A stretch of DNA of 62,996 bases, counting the filler. It is 11 parts of 11 records of this genome, joined end to end, with 100 filler letters (N's around TTAATTAATTAA, not from the genome) between each part and the next. Parts side by side here need not be neighbours in the genome. Positions count along the whole stretch, not along the records: positions 18,298 to 24,952 come from SRR7504441_13524; positions 25,053 to 32,615 come from SRR7504441_13531; positions 32,716 to 35,852 come from SRR7504441_13551; 8 more parts are not named here. One strand, given 5' to 3'. The notes beneath the pieces are model-generated. The model did no database searches. It saw nothing but the letters and a program-made list of their open reading frames with translations, and was not told the origin of the DNA. Positions 24,201 to 32,961 of this stretch are shown here, piece after piece. The position numbers and the translations under genes were made by a program. Each line of letters opens with the position of its first letter. Positions within the stretch are counted from its first letter, which is position 1.

Positions 24201-24952
24201 GCTCGATAAAGCCTTCAGTCAGCACCACCGCGCCCATCTGCACCGGGCAACAGAAATACAGAAGCGGAACTACTGCAACACTCAGCAATCCCAGTGAGAG
24301 CAGGCCAGCACGGAAGAGCCAGTCGCGCACTTCCCCATCGAGCGCCATCGCGATCGGTGCCACGACGAACATCGGCGTCGCACAGAGCAGCAGCGACGGG
24401 ATCAGGCACGAGCGCATCATGATCCGGATTTCACCAGCCCCCTCGTCGTCCTCGTTCGTCAATGCGCCGAACGTGTAGAAATTGTTGGTGATTTGTACTA
24501 CGCAGCCGGCCGGCAGGAGCACCCCCAACGCCGTGAGCACGCCAGAGGAGGTGTCGTCCAGCCCGGCGGCCAGGCCCACTGGCAGCAGGACCAGCAGCGG
24601 CAGTCCCAAGCAGCAGATCAGTCCAATGACAATGATCACCGCGGCCCCCACATCCCCCCCGTCAACCATCAGCACCGCACACAGCGTCGCCAGCCCGCTC
24701 GATACGATCGGCCCAGCGGTCACGCAGACCATCGTGGTCCTGCCACCCAAGCCTGATCAGCGGCAGCAGCCGCAAGCTGCCACCTGAGCGCGGCGGTCCA
24801 CCACGCGTCGGTGTCCGCCATCCGGATCGTGAGCTCGAGCCCGGCAATGGATCCGGCCCAGGCCAGGGTGACCAGCACCAGCGCGAGCCGACATGGGCGG
24901 GGCCATTCCCACCGCTGCAGCACACAGCCCGTCCACAGCCCGAAGATTACCA
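18298..24952 (-). CDS. Giant polytopic-membrane RBR (Ariadne-like) E3 ubiquitin ligase, truncated at both contig ends
   Basis: More than 20 hydrophobic segments; UBA-like ALALLRHHRFD; RING1 CLICC..C..RHRFCTDC..CPG; IBR CPFPDC..C.NGHRWCWQC..H.PASC; RING2 KRCPFC..TG|CPHMVC..C..FCWDC; further spliced exons downstream. Confidence 0.8.
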
Positions 24953-25227
24953 NNNNNNNNNNNNNNNNNNNNNNNNNNNNNNNNNNNNNNNNNNNNTTAA
25001 TTAATTAANNNNNNNNNNNNNNNNNNNNNNNNNNNNNNNNNNNNNNNNNNNNGAGCACCGAGCCGGCCAGCGACGGGAACAGTATCACCGGCGTCACTTG
25101 GGCCATTCTGTGCAGTACTCGTCACACCATCGAGACGGAATCCCAACAGGCAGCTTCAGGACACGCTTCGGCGCAGCTGCAGCGGGCAAGCCCAGCACTG
25201 AGCACCGAGCCGGCCAGCGAGGACAGC

Positions 25228-26010
25228 ATGGCTCTGCGGTTCCAGCAGCGTGTGTGCGTGGTGACAGGCGGTAGCGAGGGGATCGGGCTGGCGGTGGCGC
25301 GGCAGATGCTGTGCGAGGGTGCCGGTGCGGTGCTCATCTGTGGTCGGTCCGAGGAGAAGCTGGACCAGGCTCGGCAGGAGCTGGGGCACGACCGGCTGCA
25401 CACCGTCCGCTGCCACATCGGCCGGCCGGACGACCGGCAGCAGCTGGTCGAGGCGGCCAAGGCGCTGGTGGAGAGCTCGGGGCTGAAGGAGGGCGGGCTG
25501 GTACTGGTACTGAACGCAGCCATCTCGCCCCCGATCCCGACCATCATGGACACTAGCCCGGAGGCCTTCAGCAAGATCCTGAGCACCAACGTGGTGGCCC
25601 AGCTGGCGATCGCGCAGCAGTTTGAGAGCGAGCTGGCCGACACGGGGGCCCCGCTTCGTTCGGTCTGCCTGGTGTCCAGTGTGGGCGGCTACATGCCCGG
25701 GGCGCCGCACCCGGCCTATTCTGTTTCAAAGACGGCTCTGTTTGGACTCACCCGAGCGCTGGCAGAGGAGATGGCCCCGGAGGTGAGAGTCAACTGCGTG
25801 GCGCCCGGTGTGACAGAGACCCGGTTCAGCCAGCCGATATGGGCCAACGAGAGCATCAAGGAACTGATCGAGGCCCGCAGCCTGCTCGGGCGGCTAGCCA
25901 AACCAGAGGAGGTGGCGATGCCGGTGTGTTTCCTGTGCTCGGACGACGCCAGCTTCATTACGGCCGAGGTTCTGGTGATAGCCGGTGGCATGCCCGCGGC
26001 CCGATTGTGA
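25228..26010 (+). CDS. Short-chain dehydrogenase/reductase, DHRS4-like, probably peroxisomal
   Basis: TGGSEGIG, LNAAI, YSVSK catalytic motif, RVNCVAPG, C-terminal ARL PTS1. Confidence 0.92.
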   Translation: MALRFQQRVCVVTGGSEGIGLAVARQMLCEGAGAVLICGRSEEKLDQARQELGHDRLHTVRCHIGRPDDRQQLVEAAKALVESSGLKEGGLVLVLNAAISPPIPTIMDTSPEAFSKILSTNVVAQLAIAQQFESELADTGAPLRSVCLVSSVGGYMPGAPHPAYSVSKTALFGLTRALAEEMAPEVRVNCVAPGVTETRFSQPIWANESIKELIEARSLLGRLAKPEEVAMPVCFLCSDDASFITAEVLVIAGGMPAARL

Positions 26011-26234
26011 TAAGATTATGCCTCATCGTGGCCATTTGTGCGGCGGAATTGTCGCATGAACAAGCTGCTCAAAGTTCATTAATAATAAACATTAATATTA
26101 CACTGAGCGCCGAATGCTTGCTTAGATATTGATCCCATTTCCCGCCCGTGCTTATTGATCCCATTTTCGCGGCGTCGCGGCACTGAAAACCGTTGTGGCC
26201 GTTGCCGACTGTTACCGTACCGGTGGTGCCGGGC

Positions 26235-29200
26235 ATGCCGAAGCGGCGCTGCGCGGTCAATGCGTCCTCGCCTACTGCAGCGGCGGGTCGCGTACTGCTG
26301 CAGACACACCACGGAAGCTGGTTGCAAATGACGGACGGTGAACTGACGCACAAGGCAGCCTCGAGGCACGAGGCTACTGCGCTCAGCGTCAGCGAGGATG
26401 GCCGATCGCTCACCGTGGATGACCAATTGCTGTCTGTCTCCAAATCTCGGCTAGTGCTCGGGGCCTGCAACCCTGCTGAGCTAAAGATAGTGGACCTGGG
26501 GAACAATCAGGTGGCGCTGCAATGTACTACGGGCTACGCGAGCGCGAGGAAGAACGGTGGGCTCACATGTGGAACTGGAGGTGTACGTGGCTGGGAGAAG
26601 TTTACGAAGCATTTGCCAGCACCGGCAATCACAGCGCAGACAGATGTCAGGCTCGAGCCGCCCGAGGATGTTCCTGCTAGCGACATCTCACAAAGTCGCA
26701 AGAGACAGCGACGATTGCTCACCCAAACAGCGAACGAGCAAGAATTAGAGGCGACTGATGAACATCTTTTGAATGGGGGTAGGACCGGTGATTGCTGTTC
26801 GGGCACCAAGCCGGTGGTGGTGATAGAGCCGTTGCCACGAAGGCTGCTGCGCCCACCGCATCCAGCGCTGCCGGTCGAGCCGACAGCCCAGCGCGTCATG
26901 GAGGCAGACAATGGAGACGCTGGTGGGAGGACTGATTTAAGCGAGGAGAACGCCGACCTGCTAGACGAGCAGCTGAGTCCAGCAGGCGATTCATCGCAGC
27001 ATGGTGCAATTCCACAGCTTTGGGACTGGGCAAACTGGGCCATGGTTGGTCTTCTGGTAGTGGTAAATTTCCCGGAGGGGCAAAGCGGATCATCAGAGCC
27101 AGGCGACTACGAAGGGTGACTGATTGCATGCAGCTTACTTGATGCATGTGTGCCTCAGGTACGTGGAACACTATGATCCCGATCTCGTTAGTGATCTGAA
27201 CGAAAGGTGGAAGCTGAACTTTGGCCCGAGCAACGAGTTAGAGGATGAATATTTTGACTATCACTTTGTGCAAAAAGCAATTCGAGACCATAGGGAAGAG
27301 ACTGCTGGAGCGAATCCTGTATCGTTTAAGTCTCTGTTTCGTGACCACCAGGAAGTGTGTACACAAGCTCATGAGGCATGGGGGCATGCCTGCATGCATT
27401 ACCAAGAATGGATCTTGGAGGCAGGGAAACAGCACTGCTGCCAGAAGGTGAGCATGCCTCCTGCCACAGTCTGTAAGTTGGAGCTGGCAGTTCTACGTCC
27501 AGCGTGTCGTGGCAGCTGGACCTGGTGTTGAAATGCACCGAGTAGTGTTCCAAGTTAAGGTTAGAGAGCACACCCGGCTTACATGGCTTGCCAAGGATTT
27601 CATGGAGGATCAGCTGTCCATGTCAAAATGTGATTTTTTTTACGAGTGCGTGCTGGTGTCCTAAGCTACCCCTGATGTCAGTTTGTGGTGCAGGAAAAAA
27701 CTATCTGCAGCTAAACGCAAGCAGATCGAAGAAGAGCTGCAAGCGGTATGCCGCCAAAAGTCTAGAGCCACCATACGGGTGAGTGGCTTTGAGCACTGCC
27801 CGGATGGTCTGGATGCTGGTGACAGCGAGGAGTGGTTCGGGCAGCTCAGCAATCTGTTGGACAGCGCTCCGCAAGCCGTGGCCCCACTTGCCCAGGAGAT
27901 GAATTTGCTCCCTAGTGTGGTCGACAGGCGTCGGAGCTGGCGCACCAATATTGAGTGGGTCGATGAACATGAAATGGCAGAGTGGGGCTCAGAACGTCCT
28001 TGGGATAGTGCGCTCCTTGGGATAGTGCGCTCCGTCTTTGGACACAGCGATTTTAGATCATGTCAAAAAGAGATATGCAATGCTATGCTTGATGGCATGG
28101 ACTGCATTGTACAAATGCCAACCGGTGTGTGCCCTAAGGCCAGTCGGAAACAAAGTTGCATGCATATTTGGATGCCAGGCATGTTCTGAGTGTATGGGTG
28201 TAGGGGCTGGTAAGTCTTTGCTGTATCAGCTCCCAGCGCTATATAGCTACATGAACATTCGACAAAGCTTTACAGTTGTCATAACTCCGCTGAAGTCGCT
28301 GAAGAGCGATCAAGTGAACCAGGTGTGTATCTAAAACGCCGTCTCGATCCTATTTCCAGGTGAACCAGAAGATACGACGTTCATCGAGGGGACGCTGTTT
28401 CCCTCATGGCGCTGCCTTTAGCCTTGAAGGCGGGTTGGGGCGGCAGCAAATGCAGCACATACTCTCAAATTTGACCAACAAGCCAATTCCATTGTTGTAT
28501 ATGACACCAGAGAAATTCATGACCTTCGATGTCAACCGTTTTCTGAAGCAGATGCATACAAAAAAGCTCATATCAAGATTTGTGGTCGACGAATTCCAAG
28601 TGGTTTCAGAGCATCAGGACTTTCGTGACTCCTACACCAAACTTCGCCTGAAACACGATTTTGATAGTGTACCTATTTTGTGTTGCAGTGCCACTGCAGA
28701 TGCGTCGCATGTTGGCTCTTGTCACCATGTACTCGGGCTTCAAGATTGTAAATTTTTCCGAGGAGACATGCAACGCTTCAACATCTCAATTCATACTGAG
28801 ATGATGTTCCGTGCGATGTCAAAAAATCCCAACAAGATCCGTGAGAATCTTCCAAGAGTTGCTGAGCTTTTACGGCGCCACAAAGATGAAAGCTTCATCG
28901 TTTTTGTGATAAAAAAAGTAGAAGCCGTGCTCTGGTCTTCGGCACTACAAAAAGAGGGATTTTCTGTCGACTGGTATCATGGGACTCCACCAGGTGCCAC
29001 TGATATTGAGCGCATGCGCATAGATGATCATCGGGCGTGCGTCCAAGAGCGGTGGAAAACTGGCAAGTTGCATGGTGTGGTTGCCACATCATCGTCGTTT
29101 GGGTTAGGGATCGATAAAGAGAATGTGCGCTGTGTGATTCATGTTGGGCTGCCAATCTCTCTAGCAGCTTGTTACCAGGGCTTTGGAAGAGCGGGTCGAG

Positions 29201-32200
29201 ACGGCAAACCAGCTGACGCATATTTGCTCTTTGACCATGACGACTTTGGAGTTTGGAAAACCATCAAGCGAAACTGCCCTGCCCCTGTGTGGGCTGCCAC
29301 AGCAAGTGGGCTACGGGACCTTCTTAGATTTTGTCACGATAAGAATACTTGCCGGCACAAGGCATTGATTCGTGCTATACAATGCCAGCAGAGCATACGA
29401 CTATCAGACTTGGCAGAGTGTGCACCAGACGATCCGAGGTGCGATGTCTGCCAGAGGCAGAAATCTGGTAAAGAGCTGGTTGAAATCACACAGCATGTCC
29501 AGTCGTGCTTCAATAAGCTTGTCGCCAAGTTCAACTCAACTGAGTTGGGGTCGAGTGAGAAAGCTGTCAAATCAGTGTTTGACTGCAGCTCCTTTCTGCA
29601 TGGCAACGGCCAAGACTTGGCTCATACCCTCGTTCGTCTCTTGGATCGCGTAATCGGCGCGATTCATCGGCCAGATAGGAGTACATGCTACGAAGTGGTA
29701 CCAGATGCCCAAAGCAAACTCAGCAAACACCGCTTCTTCATAGAGTGGGTGGCTGGCCAAGAATGGAATGTTCCCACCCCAGCAGCATTTAGTGTGCCAG
29801 AAGTCAGCCCAGTGCCAGCACTCAATCTGTATGAGCAGCAACGCATCGACAATATCACCAGAAATCATGCCTACATGATGAATTTAGGTCTGGGCCCTGG
29901 AGCAAGCAGCGAACAGCATGATGATACTATCTACAATGTTACGAGTCTTATCCCAGAGCCAGAGTCGAGCCAACATGTGTGGGTATCTCAATTGTCATAT
30001 GATTTAAGATTCGAGGTTGAATCAATCCTGCTGGAATGGGGACTTTCATGGAAGAGATTCAAGGCAGCAGACCTGAAAACCTTCGTGCAGAATGGAAATG
30101 GGAGCCCCTCGGAAGCTGCGGGCAAGCTTATTTCTGCATCAACAGGCATCGATTGCGGACCCTGGCGGAGATATTGCCAGCATTCCAATGATGAAAGTAT
30201 TTTCTTCACTTTTCACGGTAGTATTCAACCTGTAGGCCCCACAGGGAAGCATAGAAACAATGGCAACAAGTTCGAGTTTCGCCTCAAAGCACCGATTCGT
30301 TCAAGACCAAAACGAGCTTACCGAAAGTTTGGCTACAGCCGATTCCTCAGGCTATCTGTAGGGCAAGGCTGCGACAGCGCATCTATAAAGTCATATTTGC
30401 GTGAGATTCATGACTCAGGTGGGCTACTTATTGGTGGTAGGAACTTCAAGCTCTTGAGTGTGGATGCATCCAATAGTGACAGTGGCCCCAAAGGTAACAG
30501 CAGAGGCACGTTGGTATTCTTTGCAGAGAGCGGGCCAGGCTTAAACACAATCGAAGTCTCAGAAGTTCAGGAGTGGCACCAACCCTCATGCTTTTGGCAG
30601 CAAGACCTGCCGATGCGCAAGTTCTTGAAGCGGCAATCCTTAATGACCTCGGATGTAACACCGACATGCATTGTATCACATGTGCACATGTCCGAATTAC
30701 CGGACATCGTGTCTGTACAGTCCGGGGCGGCCATGACTGACGGGTCCGCGCCCATTTCCGAACGCTTGATGAAGCGGATCGCTGACCACCTACCTGAAAG
30801 GCCGGGTTCGTGCCTTCCAAGTTTGGTGCAAATGCGGTATGCAGGGCTCAAAGGAGTCTTGTACGTGGACAGTGAGCTTCAGGACGAAACACTAAATTAC
30901 TGCCCCTCTATGCAGAAAATAATTCACAGCGCTGTTGGCATGTGTGAAGAGCAGCAGCGACTAGAAGTGTGCCGAGCAGAGTACCCAACAATGCCACCGT
31001 CTAAGTTGAACGTGGAGAGCATCCAGCTGCTAGAAGGCAGAATGAAAGATGGAGCAGCAGAGGAAATATTTAGCGAGCTGCTTGAACAGGACATTAGTCA
31101 GCTCAGATTGTGCCTCGAGAATGCCGAAGCTGCCAAGGAAATGGTGAGACTCAGAGACGTGCACAGTGCATCATCTGGGGGCGAGTTTGAGCAGCGTGTG
31201 TCCGACATGCTTCGTGCTGGCTTTGAGCCAGGCAGTTGCATCTTCCTCAAAAGATGTCTGCAACAGCTAGTGCTTTGGCGACTAGAAGAACTCCGTGAAA
31301 AATTTAAGATTACGGTGCCCGAGTCCTGCAGGTTTCAGCAATGCCTCCTTCCTAATGCGCAAAATTTGCACTCTATCCCCTAGCCTCCCTTCTCCTCTCA
31401 TTTTTCTCTGCAGGCTCACCATAACCGAGGACCGACAAGGGATCTTGAAACCAGATGAGTGCTTTATAAACCTCGGTGGCCGGTTGGGGTTACTCACTGC
31501 AGACGAGAATCCAGCAGGCGTAGTCCTGATGAGAAATCCAAGTTATCAGCCAGGAGACATTTTGCACCTCAAGTTAGTGTCGGGTGCTCGGGCTCGGGAG
31601 CTCTCCAGTCGTTTTAGACATGGCCCGGTGTGCATGCTGTCGACACAAGGGAACAGGATGATTGCAGACATGTTGTGTGGCGGAGATTGTGACGGCGATA
31701 AGCCGTGGGTGTGCTGGCATCAGCGCATCGTGTGTGCAGTGCTGCATGTCAGACCCACAGATGAGATGGTGCCAATCCAGCGAAGTATTTTTGTCTCAAC
31801 CAACCCGGCTGAGCGTCGCGAGGACATGATAGAATTCTTTTGCACAGCTATACTCCGCGACACCCTTGGGTCATTAGTGAACAAACTCAGATGGGCTGCT
31901 GACGAGCTGGGAGCTGACGACCCAAAGGTGATCGAGATCGCTAAGTTGTGTATGCAGCAAGTGGACACCCCGGATGAGCCAATAAAGCCACCAGAATGGT
32001 TGGCTGATCTGCAATGCCCACATTGGGATAAGAAAAATAGCAAACATGGAGAACCGAGGCAGAGTAACAGAGTGCTGGGAAAGCTCGCAAACCAGATTGA
32101 CGGAGAAATCGGCGAAGTCGAGTCTCTGGTGGTGACTCAAAGTGATTTGCAAGTCGATCCAGACCTGTGCTCTTGTACTGTGGACAGCGTGATGCAAGAG

Positions 32201-32551
32201 ACAAGACAAATGCTGGATAGATTCAGGCAAAAGTGGAGGGAATGGGATGAAAGTGGGAATCGGGGCAGGAGTATTGCACTCTGGGAGCGGGAGGTCATGA
32301 GCGAAGAGCTATCCAAATCCCAGTCTCATGACAAGCTGAGAGCGATTGCTTCCTGTGCGTATAAGCAAACACTAGAGCAAGTAAGGACGAGAGCAGGCAA
32401 AGACGACGTACTTCAGCTACGTGCTGTTCACAAGTATGTTGCATGTTGCTGGAGTCCAATGTTGCCATGGCTGTGCCGAATCAAGGCAGACAGCATCGAG
32501 CAATCGTCTGGCAGAGGCATCGCAATCTCAGTAGCTAGGCGGGTGGGCTAG
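26235..32551 (+). CDS. RecQ helicase - RNA-dependent RNA polymerase fusion protein (about 1,994 aa, 7 exons)
   Basis: Exons 26235-27115, 27159-27447, 27491-27645, 27694-28124, 28204-28322, 28360-31331, 31414-32551 (all GT-AG; total 5,985 nt, in frame). RecQ: FGHSDFR, MPTGAGKS, TPEK, VVDE, SATA, FGLGIDKENVR, GRAGRDG, Zn CRH..CDVC. RdRP: TDGSAPIS, QMRYAGLKGVL, RNPSYQPGD, GGDCDGD. Confidence 0.88.
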
Positions 32552-32961
32552 CACCACTTGAGTTTAACTTAGGTAGATGTGACATAGGCAGATGTGACAT
32601 ACTGGACATGTAAGANNNNNNNNNNNNNNNNNNNNNNNNNNNNNNNNNNNNNNNNNNNNTTAATTAATTAANNNNNNNNNNNNNNNNNNNNNNNNNNNNN
32701 NNNNNNNNNNNNNNNAAGGCAAATCGTTACAAAAGTTACTCAAAAAGGGAATTTGTTACGTAACATTACGCAGAAGTTACTGCTTGTGCTGCTGTGCTGG
32801 GATCTTGTGCTGTGCTGGGATCTAGCCTACCGGTAGTGGCTGGCGGCTCTCCCTCTCTCTCGAGTAGAGTTGTGCTTTGGGTACTAAGCTAGTCTATCTG
32901 AGTTAAATGAAAAGGTAACGTGCAATTCGTTTATCAGGATTGGACTGAATGGACTCCTATA

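Noticed and set aside
23882-24478. Many long antisense or alternate-frame ORFs in the track (also 3955-4791, 11172-11894, 48255-49034)
   Set aside because: Shadow ORFs expected from high GC and codon bias opposite real genes; no motifs
25053-25220. 21-nt direct repeat GAGCACCGAGCCGGCCAGCGA at 25053 and 25200
   Set aside because: Only two copies, one at the contig edge; likely a local duplication or assembly/amplification artefact, not CRISPR or an LTR
30240-32551. Viral RdRP or endogenous virus
   Set aside because: Motifs are those of cellular double-psi-barrel RdRPs (DxDGD), not viral palm GDD; the gene has host-type introns and no viral genes nearby
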